Source: Klebsormidium nitens (lineage: Eukaryota; Plantae; Klebsormidiophyceae). Taken from it: DNA of 64,000 nucleotides. A model generated the notes under the pieces. It saw only the letters and a program-made list of their open reading frames with translations. It ran no database searches and was not told the origin of the DNA. Of this stretch, positions 23,538 through 36,719 are shown in pieces. Position numbers and translations under genes: made by a program. How positions within the stretch are numbered: the first letter of the stretch is position 1; every line of letters begins with the position of its first letter. Where the stretch lies: positions 1 to 64,000 of the forward strand of contig DF237171.1 of NCBI GenBank assembly GCA_000708835.1, read 5' to 3'.

Positions 23538-25181
23538 CCTCACAGCCTGGGGATGGCCGGCCAAAGCGCTCCTGCCGTATGCATGGCCTGCAAGGGGCAC
23601 GGCAGACCGGGCAGACTCCCAGACGGGTAAAAGCCCTCACTCAGCAACGTTGTGCCAATTTGTGATAACGCTTGCCTTCTCAAATGAAAAAGGTCACGGC
23701 CCCTTGAATCAAAATACCCTTTTAGAAGCACACGCTGCAGTGCTTCCTTCCCTTCAGCCAAGGAAGAATTGCTGTAACCGCTCTGCACTCTGCACCATGC
23801 CAAGCATGATGGCGGACGCGTCGCAGAGGCGACTCGGAGTCGGGCCAAACTCATGAAACTTAAAGCATTGCCCCGTCGTGTCGATTACCTGCGTCTCCGG
23901 TCGCAGGGATTCCCGAGGACTTTCGTCCCGGCCAGCCAGCCACAGGCAGCCCCCGGTTGTACGAGCTGGGGGAAAGGCGGTTGGCTCTACCGGCCAGCTG
24001 AGCGCCCTACGGACCTGTCGACTTTACCAGCTACCGAGCTGGCGGGGTGCCTTCGGCACCAGCCAGGGTCCCTTCCCGGCCAGCCAGGTCCGCCCCAGGC
24101 TGGGAACCCCTGCTGGTCAGTTTGTGAGGAGGACCGGGGCCGACCCAGCACAGTTGTTTGCGCGGACTGACGCAAAACTGACCGGGGTTGAAGTCCGTTC
24201 TTTCCGCCGGGTTGGACGCCGCCGGAATCCGCATTCCGCGAGCTCTCGCGAGCGGTCCACGGTAATTCGAGTTGGCTAGTCCAGATGATAATCTCGACCA
24301 TTGTACGTTTGACATTGCCAGTAGGTCCTATTTGTTATCGTTGGTCGTTATTGGGTGTGTCTTGATTGTCGCGGTCGTTGACTGGTTACTTCTTTTCATA
24401 CACCCTAAAACTCAAAGAAAAGGGACACGCTTGAGGCACGCTTCAATGACATGATCTGACCGATACACAAGCCGGATGTAGTAATAAGTCGATAGCTAGT
24501 GACGGGGGAACGTCTTCAAGCCGGAAAGTGCGCTGCCATGCATCATTGGCCAAACCGGAGTGTGCCGCCCGTCAAAAAGAATAAAATGGTGCAGTGTCCG
24601 TTTGCTTCGATCGCGCTCAGTTTAAATTTGAATTTCTCTGATAATCAGAGAAAGATCAAAAGCTTTGATACACACGTCAGCGTTACGGCGGATATCTTAG
24701 GTACATGACATGCGGGGCCTGAACCATATGCATGCACCGAGAACTATATGCAGCGGCCGGTATCAGATTGACCTATGGTCGGAACAAAGTGAACCTGACG
24801 TCACACCAGGCTCGCGGCTGATGAGTCGGAAAATGAAGGCATAATAATTAAGCTCTACATGTTTACTAGGTATCATTCGAGGTTTTGGCGCAAAGGAGCT
24901 AAGCACTCACATGCGATACGATTTCTTGAATGATTCGAATGTCAGAAGGAGCATAAGACGATATAAAATCGTCAACCAAGGGGGAGATTGTACATCCGCG
25001 ACTGCTATACAAGAGGTTCCTCAGGAGCGGATCCTAGGACGATGAAGCGGCCATGCAAGCTCAGCCGTCAACTGTTTATGGTTCTTTGAGTGCCCATCTT
25101 AACTTGTCTAATGGTCTACTTACATGTAATCGCAACACGTTATATAATACAATTTTCCAGCTTTCCCACTTTCGCTTCCTT

Positions 25182-28100
25182 TTAAAGACTAAGTACAGCG
25201 CACCCAATGAGCAGCCCCTCCCCAACATTTCCCCCATCTGCAATCACCTTCCAAGGGCACTTCCCGTCGCCACCCCCCTCGTACTGATGCACCTGCAGCC
25301 TGGTCTCTTTTCCCCCCCTTTTCGGGTTCGCCGCGTACGCCGCCCCCACCAGGATGAGCTTTCCCCCCAAGGCCGCCGGCCGCAGCGTGTGGCAATGCGG
25401 CTGCCCCGCGGCCATGGCCAGCGGCGCCACCGTCTCCCACCGCTTTGCCGCCGGGTCGTAGGCTGCCACGTACTTGTACCCCTCGTAGATGTTCTCGAAG
25501 TGCAGCTGCGGCAGCGCCCCCGGCGGCCGCGCAGGCTTTGCGGCGTCGCTGCGCGTCAGCATCCACAGGCGGCCGTCCACGGCGGCCAGCGGGCCGGGCC
25601 AGCTCGTGGTGGGCCACGCGTCAGGGTCAACCGCCCATGTGGCGCTGTGCGGGGGGAGCACCTCGGTGGAGTGGTGCACCCCGCGGTGGTTGTACTGCGG
25701 CTCCTGCTCGCCAAACACCCACAGCGCGCCGCCGTCCCCCACGACGGCCCTGCACCAACACGGAGCCACGCTGAAATAAGGACTTGTCTGAGAGCTGCTC
25801 TCAGGTGAGAGGCGCCTGCTTACCATGTCGTTTCGACAGACGGGATCTTCTGCCGCACGCAGGCTTGTTCCGCCTGAGAGAGGGGACGCTGCTGCACGCA
25901 GCCTGGGCCGCCCCAAGCGAGCCTGCCTCCGAGGTACGACTGCATGCAATCAGCGCCTCCTGGCAGCTGCCCTCTGGTCACCCATGTGCAGAACGGAACT
26001 TTTCCAATCCGTGCATTGAGCAAAAACTTTGATAACTTTTGCCACACTGGTCCTTCCCACAGCAAGACCGTCCCCTCTACCGACCCCCTCCCTACGCTCC
26101 TATCTCCCCACTTTGAACTGACCTGCACCCGCTCCTGCCCCGCACCAGGTCCGGCTTGCGCGTCCAGCGATCCGTGGCCACGTTGTATGCCTCCACGCTG
26201 CGCGTGCGTATCCCGTGGGTCAGCCCGCCTGCAGAGGGGCACGCGCGCAGTAAGGAGGAGCCACAGCACCCGTGAGTTGTCTGAGTGGGTGGCCGCATAA
26301 GTTTCACCAGGAAAGGAGATGCCCGTCAAGTGAAGCATGTCCTACCTCGGCAGGGCGCAAGAGCAAAGCCTTGCAGCGAAGCATAAGGTATCCACTCTCA
26401 AGCTATAGACGCAATTCAGCTTGAGGTGGCAACGAGTGAGAACAAGAGGCGTCCGCTTGGGGACCCTGCACACAGGATTGGCATGAAGGCGGGCCCTGTG
26501 TCCAGGACGCACCCACAACTTACAATCAAACAATTCGTCCCTACACGAGCGGTTGTAGTCGCTCATTGTGACGGCGAGGTGAGACTTGTGTTTCTTGTGT
26601 ATGGGGCGAAGATCGACTGAAGCGAGCGCGAAACAGATCAAACCCCAGGAAGCCGGACTACTAGGGACAGACGTCTCTAGCTTTTGAGGACTGATGTACG
26701 ATGAGCTCACGGTCTGCACTCTTCACGGACGGGCCTCGCCTACGGTGATGATCCCACAGTCAACGTAAAGAAAGGGCTACAAGCTCATGAAACGCTGCAG
26801 TAATCGACCTGGAAACAAACTAGTCTGTCGTAAGCTCTTTTCGAAAAAGGTCCAGACGCCCTGGACCTCTAGAATTACGAATCAAGGAGGGCATCCCACC
26901 TGCGACAATGACCTCCGACCCCAGGACCGCAGCCGCAAATGCTTCCCTAGCTTCCAGCATGCTTGTCCGTCGCTCCCACGTGTTGGTGAAGGGGTCGTAC
27001 AGGCACACGTCCTGCACAGGCAGCAGCAGAAGTGAGGACCACTCAGAGGTGGGGCTGCTAAGAGCAGACGCGAGGGGAAAGTCAAAATGAGACGACAAGT
27101 CGTCTCACAAGGCCCAAAAGCGGAGATAGCAATTCAAAGCAGATCCCGGCAGGCTCCTCTTCAAGAGACCAGAAGTCAGCAGAAGAGAATAGGATGCTAG
27201 GCAAGCGCCACAAGTAGGGACACAGCCTAATCGACTATGCTTGAAGTAGACGCAAAGCGAGCCCGCGAGGATCAAAAAGGCAGCCACTTTCAAGAAGCAC
27301 GTCCATTCTGTCGAGGTGCACCCTCCTCCTACACCTGATAAAGCCCAGACCTTCAATCTCCCTCAGCTTCTGAACTTAGCGGCAAGCTGTGTAGTGCGGA
27401 ACAGATTGCCTTGTTTGAAGTCATGGGTTACACTGTTTGCTTTACAAGTGTCAGCGCTGGGATTACCACATGCGTATGACGGAAAAACATTGAAAGCAGG
27501 AAAGCCAAGCTGCAAATCTCTCTTAGGACAAGCATCGGCCTGAGAGGTTTTGCATGGTCACAGAAGGATAAGACTACACTCACTAATCGCACACGCTCGT
27601 CCTGGTTATTATATTCCTGACGACGTGATAGAGCAACGGTCCACCTCGACAAAATTGAGAGCCTCTTGATGACAATTGCAAGGTCAGCATCAAGGTTCTC
27701 ATTACAGTGCTGGTTTGAGAGAGGTGACGAGCAGATGCACAACCTTGACTAGTTCAGATCTCGCGTTCTTTCATGAGATAGACCCAACAACGTCAAGCGG
27801 AATCTGAACCTTCAGATTCAGAAGAACAACACACGGTCTGAGAGCCAGAAGACGTGACTACGATTACATTTGATGTGACTGGAACCAGGACATAGCACTG
27901 AACCTGCCTGACTCTGCCTGCTAATGGATCTGATCCCCAGTTTACACTTTCCGCATGTTGCCCCACACCCTAGAATCTACAGAACCAATTGCCTCAGATG
28001 GCAAGTAATTTTTCAATGAGGGAGCCTGTAACTTGGATGGTCGGTAATAAGAAACACATTCAAATGAGGACCTCTCCTCGAGACCTGCCGCGTCTGTCCT

Positions 28101-28934
28101 ACCTGTACAAAGAAGTGCCCCAGGTACACCGCCTTGCCACTGCAGTGCGGCTCCTGCTGCCGCCTGAGCAAGGAGAAGGGAGCGCCATCAGTGGGTTCAT
28201 TGATGGAGAATCAACATACGACGCTTGTTACTAATGTGTCCACGTCTTTTAACAGAACTTATACAGCGCGCTGCTAATCTGGAACATTGTGGCTTTCAGA
28301 GCCTAACCTGACAAGGTGGTTGATCGTGGGCTGTTGGGGCTGTTCATTCAGGAGAAAGAATCTAGGATTCCCTGCTTTCGACATACTGTGCGTTGGTCTG
28401 AGCCCAGAAACCGCACCTGATCAGCAGCACTCGCCCATCCACCGCCAGCACGTCGGCGCTCTCGCGGGGGTCCAAGGTCTTGGGGGTGGGCGCCAGGTGG
28501 CGCCAGCGGTTGGTGGCGGGGTCCCAGCAGCGCCAGTCCGTCCCCGCATCCGTCCGCATCAGCACATACAGCCACTCCTCCGCGCACCCCAGCCGCTTCC
28601 GAGTATCTAAGATCTCCCTGCTCGTGAGAGCCTCCTTCCAGGCTCGCGACACACTGCTCAGGCCCGCGTACAGCCCCCGCGGCACGCGCGCCAGGCACTG
28701 CATGGCCACATCGTTGGTCAACCCCGGGATGAGCGTCAACTCGGCGAGACGGTCGGCCGCCGCTGCTTCTGCGTCAGGCTCGAGAACCGGTGACATGTGC
28801 TCAGATGCCGCCACCTTGGCGGAGCGCCTATGCTCCGTCGAGGAGCGCCCCTTGGTGACGGCAAATTTCTTCTTGAGCCACATGTTGTTGATTAGCTGCC
28901 CCGCCTGCAGCACTGCATGCGCGCCCGCCGCCAT
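25182..28934 (-). CDS. F-box/kelch-repeat protein (~454 aa)
   Basis: Exons 28934-28417, 28163-28103, 27011-26900, 26228-26123, 25749-25182. F-box motif LIPGLTNDVAMQCLARVP...SVSRAWKEAL. Kelch-like repeats YDPFTNTWERRTSMLEAREAFAAAVLGSEVIVAGG, VEAYNVATDRW, AAYDPAAKRWETVAPL. Confidence 0.88.
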
Positions 28935-29292
28935 TGTTATGTGCTCGCCCCCAACGTCCAATCAGTACGTTCGTGAGCGACAACAGGCCATGTGTCTTGG
29001 CTTCCTCTAGACGGCAACTTCAACTTCAACTTCAAGTCAGCCTGCACTCTTGTAGTCTCTAGGATACACGCCAGCACGGGGTGCAGTTGAAACTTTTTAG
29101 AACAGCGAGCTGGAGAAGTGCAAATTCTGCAGACTTCCAATGCTTGGATTGAAACCGTCAGAAACGCGATGAATGCCCATTGGCTGGGGCATGAGCCACG
29201 AGTGCATCGATGTCATCATGCACTCAGATATTTTGGCATGACGTGAGCAGAATCTGGATATAGCTCTAGCTAGCATGTACGTGAACCCTATG

Positions 29293-29301
29293 AAACCCTA
29301 A
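29293..29301 (+). promoter_or_regulatory. Telo-box (AAACCCTAA) in the divergent F-box/FNTB promoter; its TAA is the MITE target site
   Basis: AAACCCTAA at 29293-29301 with a second AACCCTA at 29284-29290. Telo-boxes are known plant promoter elements. Confidence 0.45.
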
Positions 29302-29690
29302 GGGTGTCGTTCCACGAGCGGTGGAAGTAGAAATATAAATTCCCTGATTGGCCCAAATTGTTTCTGCCGTCGGTCAACGGGCGGACTTCCGGGCAAACAA
29401 ATGCCACGTCGGCGGCACAACTTATATTAAAACTCGACCCGAGTATTTGTAGGGTCGAACAAAAATATTTTTCTGTGCCGGGACGTGGCACCCAAACAGC
29501 GAATGAGACGACGCCATGTCGGATTCTGCAGTAAGTGCGCACTTTTTAAACGCAACTTCCACCGGCGAGCTATTCCACGAGCGGCCGGAAATTGGTGATA
29601 TATTGAACTTCCAGGCAAATTCCGGCCTCTTCAGAGCCACATCTTTATTTTATTTTCCTGACTTCCACCACCGCTCGTGGAACGACACCC
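29302..29690. mobile_element. Non-autonomous PIF/Harbinger (Tourist-like) MITE, 389 bp
   Basis: Perfect 23-bp terminal inverted repeats: GGGTGTCGTTCCACGAGCGGTGG (29302-29324) and CCACCGCTCGTGGAACGACACCC (29668-29690). Flanked by a TAA duplication (29299-29301 and 29691-29693). Internal copy of the TIR core TTCCACGAGCGG near 29573; no transposase ORF. Confidence 0.85.
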
Positions 29691-30686
29691 TAAGGCTAAA
29701 ACCCGTGGTTCCTGACCGTCTCGACGAAGGCGCGCGCTCGCGATTGCAAGCGAGACTCGACCGTCTCGTCACCATGCCCACTATTTGCGCATGGTGCAAA
29801 CGAGGTGCCGCAGTCCTGTTTTCCCAGGTTGGCTCCTGCGAGGGCTGACTGGTGCATTCAAGTGCAAGCGGCCTAAGTCGCAGGGCAGCCTCACAAGGAC
29901 CTCTAAAAGCATGTTGCTCAGCAGGTCTCTGCTCTGCCATTGAGCAACGTACTCGCCTAGCCACCACAAGAACCCGCGGGAACCAGCAAGGACTTGAGGG
30001 GGAAGACTTGATCACCGCAGGTACTGATCCTCGAAGTAGTTTTCTTAGTAAGCACGCTAGGAAGCACACTACGGGGCTGAGCTTCCATGGCAAGGAGATA
30101 TGCGCTGTACTGCATCATATAAGTCATTCCTGGTCACAGTGCTGACTGGCATCCTTTGCAAGCCGCCAGAAGAGGCTGAATGCTGGACATCTTTTGTGCT
30201 CCACTATGCTTTCTATCCCTAAGCAAGAAGGTGGTCTTGGCTGATCAGAAGGGGGACGAACCTGTGTGCCCCTGCCTAATGCTACAATTCCCAAAGCTAC
30301 ATTGTCTGGTGGGATTGTCAAGCTCAACATAGGTTCAAACCCTTTCTTCTTGCTCAGAGTGGTGGTGCGCGCCTGTGTAAAATAAAACTCCCAATCAAAG
30401 GACACTGAAGCTTTGAAGGTTTGAGCCTGCAGTAGCAGCACTGTCAAAGATGCCACTACAACCCACTTCGACTTACAGCAGTCAAGGCCTTATTTGACCA
30501 CCAGAGCTTCGCGGGAGCCCCAGCCCAGCCCAAGTCACTAAAAACCTCTTCAGCAGACCTTTCGCAGCGGCCCAGCTTCAGCTGGTAAGACTGCCCTTCT
30601 GACAGTCAGCAAGCAGAAGCTGTCGTCATGTATCAAGCCTGAGAATGTGGAGGCCTGATTCCCGCTCTGCAGGCCGTCCTGTGGTC

Positions 30687-33600
30687 ATGGCACGCGACGA
30701 CCCGCTGGTGACCGCCACCAGCCGCGAGCAGGCCCAGGTGGCGGCGCTGGTGGGGGGCCTGTTCCAGCTGGCGGCCCCTGCTCTTCCGCAGGCGGCCACC
30801 ATCCAGCTGCGGCGCCGCCAGCACGTGGCCTACCTGGAGCGGGGGCTGGACTACATGGGGCCAGGCTATGCGGTCAGGCAAAGAACAGCGGCAGTTTTGT
30901 TTTGCGAGTTGGTGGTGCCCCTTACAGTGCCTCTCATCTTATTTTGGGTTTCAGCACTATGAACATGCCTCATCACTGTCCTCATTCTGCTCCTTGATGC
31001 TAAATGTTAGAGATGGGAGGCTAAGCATGGGTCCCCTGTATATATACGACCCATTCAGATTGTCAACAAGGTCTTCTGGTACTTTGCGCCTGTCTGAAGT
31101 CTGAGTCAGAAGCAGGGCACAAGTGGGAAGACTTCAGCCGTTTTAAAATCTTGGTTTTGACCTCATTTTGTGGTGGTGTCATGCCCCGCCCGGAACATCT
31201 CTCCTTGCTGTTTTGTCTGGCTCCATTCTGCGGGTGACCTATGGATGCCTCTGGTGAAATCGCGTCTTCCCCTCTGTTTGATTGGTTGTCCTGGCCAAGC
31301 CATGTTCTTTATCCGACATAATTGAAGATTTCTTTCTTTCGTTCTCCAAGTTCCTTCCTTCCCCCCCTTTGTGTTCTGCTGTTCCTGCCAGGCTGCTGCT
31401 ACCGGACAACCCGGCCAGTTTTCCTTATCACCTGCATGACACGCAGCGGCATGCTCTGGTGCCGCAGGTCCTGGACTCCAGCCGGCCGTGGCTGTGCTAC
31501 TGGATCCTGCACTCCCTGGCGCTGCTGGGACAGCCCATCACCCCCGACGTGCGCAACAGGTGAGAGGACGGGGCTGTACAAGTGTGTTCCCAATTTTCGT
31601 CACAGCATCCTCATGAACCATGATTGAAAAACCCCTGATCGAGGTAGCGCTGAAGGCGAGGGAGAAGCTCCTACTTCATTAGAGGTTCGTTCACTTGAGC
31701 GGCAAAAAACATCTGCACCAGAACGAGTTGGCGTTAACTTGTTGGCTACAGGTGCAAGGAGAGAAGGGACTTGTCAGGTTGCTTGCGGAGCTTTGGATGT
31801 CTATTGGCACAGCCGTGACGGGCAAGGGGGCAGGAGCAAAGGCTCTGATGGCTGCAACGCCACCCGTTGGCGCCACCGCTCGAGTTGCTTGAAAATGGAA
31901 CCTACATTGGCAAGCTTACCTAGTGAGCCGTTAACTCTTGCTTGAGACGTACAGATTTCAAACAATCACTCCGTTCTTCGAGACGAGTTCTGTACTGATG
32001 CAGCTCCACTTCCTTCGGGCGTCAATTTTCGTCGAGATTCTGACTCCCGACTTGCCTTTGATGGGAAGGCGTCCCGAAGCCTGTCCCTTCTACACGTCCA
32101 ATCTGTCAATCTTAACTGATAGAGCAGCGATAAATCGTTCTTTTATCGCACGACAGGGTGCCTCCCCGGTTCCAAAACTTCTGCCAGCCACATAGATCAT
32201 TCTTAACACCAGCCTGCTCTGGCGCGCTGCAGGTGCATCGACTTTCTGAAGCGGTGTCAAGACCCGCGCGGTGGCTACGGTGGTGGTCCCGGCCAGCTGC
32301 CGCACCTGGCCACGACCTACGCAGCTGTGTGTGCGCTCGTGACTGTAGGAGGCGCCAAGGCCCTCGATTCTATCGACAGGTCAGCCCCTGCGAGGCCCCG
32401 CAGGTCCATTACACGGTGCTGTCATCCGCGCTCCCATCCTGGAAGAAGCGGTCGGGCCCAGCTCGGGGCTCCGGATTTGTCCCAAAAATTTCTGTCGGTC
32501 TACGTCCACATCTCCCTAGCAGTGGGTCAGTAACAGCCCTGTCGCGGCAAGCAGGTGGAACGCAGCCTCGTCCCGCTGTGTGGGAGTCACCGGAGTGCAT
32601 GTCCTCCCTTGTACCTGCTATTGGGCTGTTTTGTAAACTCATGGGACAGCAACGGCAGGCCGTCCGCGGGGCAAGAGGTTTGCTTGGAGCACAATTCTGT
32701 CCTTGGTTCCTTTGCTCTCGCCAGAGCCTTCCTCAGCGGTGTGCTCCATTCGGAAGGCATTCGTCTCGTACCAGTTGCAACTCTTACGAAGCTGAACACA
32801 GGAGATAGACCCGTTCACTGTCCCGGTTGTCGGGCAATTTCTGCCGTGACCCCGCGCTCCTTTGGCAGGCCTGCGCTGCTGTCGTTCCTGGTGCGCATGA
32901 AGGCTGCGGGCGGCGGCTTCCACGTGCACGCGGACGGCGAGGTGGACGTGCGCGGCAGCTACTGCGCGCTCGCGGTCGCGCACCTGCTCAACCTGACCAG
33001 CCCCCAGCTCACAGCCGGTGTCGGCGCCTACGTCGCCACGTGCCAGACGTACGAGGGCGGCATCGGGGGGGAGCCGGGAGTGGAGGCGCATGGGGGGTGA
33101 GCAACGCCAATCCTGAGCCGGTTCATGACAAGTCCTGCCTTTTGTATCGATGTTCGCTGCTTAGCTTCTTTGATCAAACACAGGGTTCTTAAAATGGGGA
33201 AAGCGTGTCGTCTGGCACAGCTGTGTGGAGGATTCAATGACCAACATTTGGGCTGCTTCAACGAAGGCAGACCTCGTGACGCTGCTGGCACGACCGGTTG
33301 CCATGGTCGGTCGCCAAAACGGAAAAAGCCAGCGCCATGCAGGTGCTTGAACCCACCTACTGGTTGGACGAAGGCCGTCCGATCCAAAGCCGATTACTGG
33401 GTCTCGTGCTTTCTGTCCTGCACACCGCCGCTGCTCGCCTTAAAATCCCTACAAAGGAACCTTTTGCCTTCTCGCTGGCGTTCTCGGCCGCCCCTTGCTC
33501 TGCCTAACTGGTGTGGGCCATTGCCGTGGCGGCAGGTACACGTTTTGCGGGCTGGCGGCCGCGCTGCTGGCGGGCGAGGCGCACTTGGTGGCGCTGCCGC

Positions 33601-35826
33601 GGTTGCTGGGGTGGCTGGTGGCGCGGCAGGGCGCCGCGGAGGGCGGCTTCCAGGGGCGCACCAACAAGCTGGTGGACGGCTGCTACTCCTTCTGGCAGGG
33701 CGGCACCGCGCTCCTGCTGCAGCGCGTCATGCCGCAACTGGCCGCACAGGCAGGCGGCGCGGGGAGGGGGGCGGGCAGCGGGGACCAGCAGGGGCGCAGG
33801 ACGGAGGCCGAGGCGGGCGTTGAGGGCTTGAGGGAGAGCCCGAGTGAGCCGGGGGCGCGGCGAGAGCAGGAAGGCTCGAGTGAAAGAGAGCGGTGGGGCG
33901 ATGAAGAGAGCACGGAGCAGGAACAGGGGAGGGGGGGTGCAAATGAAGGGCGGAGCGATGGGGCCGGCGAGAAGAACGAGCCACGCAGCACCGCGGGTGC
34001 GTCCGCGAAGGAGGCTTGTACAGAGGAGGCGCAGACTGCCGCCGATGAAAGCGCCGAGACAGCCTGCGAGGAGACGCCTGGCGGATCCGGCCGGTCAGAG
34101 CGAGAGTGGGCGCGAAAAGAAGCGGTGCAGGCGGACCGAGGGGGCGAGCCCGACTCGGCGGACTCGTCTGAGTATGAGACGGACGACGAGAGCGCCGGCC
34201 CGGGCCGGGGCGGCGTTTGCAGCGCTGCGGAGCTGTTTCCCGCGGAGCCTCTGGCAGAGCCGGGCGAGGGCGGCGGCGCTCACCTGGTCATCGAAGAGGA
34301 AGAGGCTGCGGGGCGGCGGACACCGGCGGTTCGCAGAGAAGGGCGGGGGGACGAGGCTGGAAGAGCGGGGCACGGCGGCACGGGGGGCCTAGGCGAGGCG
34401 CTGCTGAATGCGCGCGCGCTGCAGGCGTACATCCTGGTGTGCTGCCAACAGGCGGACGGGGGCCTGCGCGACAAGCCGGGCAAGTGAGTGCCGACCGCAC
34501 CAGGACGGCTCAAGCGGCCGTGCGGAGCGGGAGGGGGCTGCACGGCAACTGGCCGCGCACTGCTCGTGATTAGAAGGGCGACCGTTGGCTGGTTCTAGAG
34601 AGAAGCAAGTAATGCTGCGGAGAACCTACTGCACGAAGAGGATAAAGAGGCCGGTCACATGCAACTGCTGATGTATCAGAACGCGGCTATGTCTTGCGTT
34701 GGCTCGATTGCCAAAGCTACCCGTGCACGGTAGAAACTCTGATTACACTTGGTGCTTAAAATCAAGCACCACGTGTGTGGTCGTGTCCCCTTAATTCCGT
34801 CCTCTGAAAACATTCTCTGTGAAGCAATTATTGAGAAGAAAGTAGTCGCTGTACCCTCAACCCCAAGGCTAAATCCGACAGCCTTCGGCCGCTTCGACGT
34901 GACCGGGTCCTCTCGCTCCTCGTCTGTCACCCCGCCCTTCTCATGGGATCAATGCTGACGTTAGGCGGGGCCCTCCGCGCAGGTCCCGCGACTATTACCA
35001 CACGTGCTACTGCCTGAGCGGGCTGTCGGCCGCGCAGCGGTGCCACGGGGAGTCGGTGGAGGCGCTCCCGCAGCCGCGCCACGTGCTGGGGCCGTACAGC
35101 AACTTGCTGGTGAGCGGCGCAACAAGGATGCGGCCCGCCAGGAACCCGCCCGCGGACTGGTCTCCTTGATATGTTTTGTGGAATCTGCAGGTCTGCTGGA
35201 TCATGAATGCCGCCACATCGAGCTGGTGTAGACTGCCAAGTTCGTGACAGGATGTCTTACCCGTTGTGTCCCTTTCCAAAGGTTGGATATGGAGGCTGCT
35301 TCGGCGGAGTTCTCAATTGGATATGAGTCGTCTATCAGACGTTCGAATTTTCAGAGTCGTCATCCTTGGAGTCTACTTGGAATGTGGAAAGTGAACCCGC
35401 TTGAGGAGCTCTAGGGGACAAGGAAGACCCGCCTGGTTGGGGCGCACGTCTACTCCTCAACCAAGCCTTTCGACTACTATTCCCGCCTGTAAAGCCTGCG
35501 AGAGCCGAGGCTCTGCCGGTGGAAACAGCGCCGCCGGGGCGTCTTGCGGGTGGTGCCCCATGGCCGCCGCTGCCCGCCAGGGTATTCGGCAGGCAAGCAC
35601 GGCCGCTGAAATCGCAACGTTCGTTGTCCTAGGTTTTCGACAAGGCTCCTACCACACGGCAGACAAAGTCCCGCTGAGCCCGAGAAGCTCTGCACCTAGA
35701 ATCGTTCAGTGCTCATGATCTTGCTGTTTATCCGCATCTCAGGAGGCAGCCGATCCCGTCTGCAACGTGCACGCGGAGCGTTACGCAGAGGCAATAGCCC
35801 ACTTTGCGAGCAGGCCGGTACGATAA
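30687..35826 (+). CDS. FNTB: Protein farnesyltransferase beta subunit (ERA1/FNTB homolog, ~603 aa)
   Basis: Exons 30687-30872, 31468-31559, 32233-32379, 32869-33096, 33536-34483, 34983-35109, 35743-35826. Prenyltransferase motifs LDSSRPWLCYWILHSL, GGYGGGPGQLPHLATTYAAV, GEVDVRGSYCA, CQTYEGGIGGEPGVEAHGGYTFCG, GGFQGRTNKLVDGCYSFWQG, GGLRDKPGKSRDYYHTCYCLSGLS. A strong donor at 30585 with acceptor 30672 suggests a 5'-UTR intron. Confidence 0.95.
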
Positions 35827-36719
35827 CCTGGGGTGGGAATTGGGCGCGAGTGGTATCCTTCCAGCCGACCGTCGCAGCAGACACAACGTCCTGTCCATAC
35901 CGACAAAGCTGGATGCCTTTGCTGTGGGCGTGGTTGTCATCTAAGGCTGGCGTCAAAAACCGTGTACCGTTGTGTCGTTGCTCTCGTCTAGCACGCCTTT
36001 ACTGACTGGCCGCTTGTACCATGGGAGACACCCACTCTCTCACTGTACTCTGGTGCTCAGCAGGTGCCAAAATAGTTGTGGCGGCCCATCCTGGCGAAAT
36101 AAGCATAGCGAATCTTACGAGATGCAGATGCGGTTTGAGGTTCGCCATGAATGTGTCAATGTACGCACTCACACGCACATGTGATGTATTTCGCCGCGTG
36201 CCAGCCTATAACGACGTGTTTTCATGTATATGCCGTATTATACCACAGGCGTGCGCAATTTAACTTTTAGGCAACACGATCATATGGCTGGCAAGTAACA
36301 CTGTGACCGTCCTTTAATAAATGCATTCATTTCGGGTTTTAGTCGTTAAAGAGCCTGATATGCCTGCATATCGTTGCATGAGCTGCACATGCTGCACACT
36401 GCACATGCGACAGAAAACTTCGATGATGCGGTCGCTAATGGTAATGCATACTTTCAAGCAAAGTCAGCATGAAGACTAACACACACGTAGTAATTAAGCT
36501 AGAGCTCTGCCGCGGGCCCTTGAGATGACCCATATAAGCTTACGTCACGCATCCAACATGCATCACATATGTGAGCCCGCGGCAGAATATACTTTACGCT
36601 CTTTAAGTCTTCAAAGTGAAGGAACATATGACGACCAAGTGGACAAAATTAACCAGCGACGAGAAAGTGATGGTGAGCCAATTGACATGCGCAATCTTTC
36701 GAGATTACACACGTACTCA

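Noticed and set aside
23920-24095. Recurring CCGGCCAGCC motifs upstream of DET1
   Set aside because: Short GC-rich direct repeats with no TIR/TSD or regular spacing; not distinguishable from chance promoter composition.
29774-29804. Possible coding first exon for FNTB (MPTICAWCKR, phase 1)
   Set aside because: Phase-compatible, but the donor is weak (GTGCCG). A stronger donor at 30585, whose exon has an in-frame stop upstream, better explains the 30672 acceptor, making the upstream exons UTR.
15735-35826. DET1, F-box/kelch and FNTB as a functional gene cluster
   Set aside because: Common housekeeping and signalling genes; adjacency in a compact eukaryotic genome is not evidence of co-function without synteny or co-expression data.
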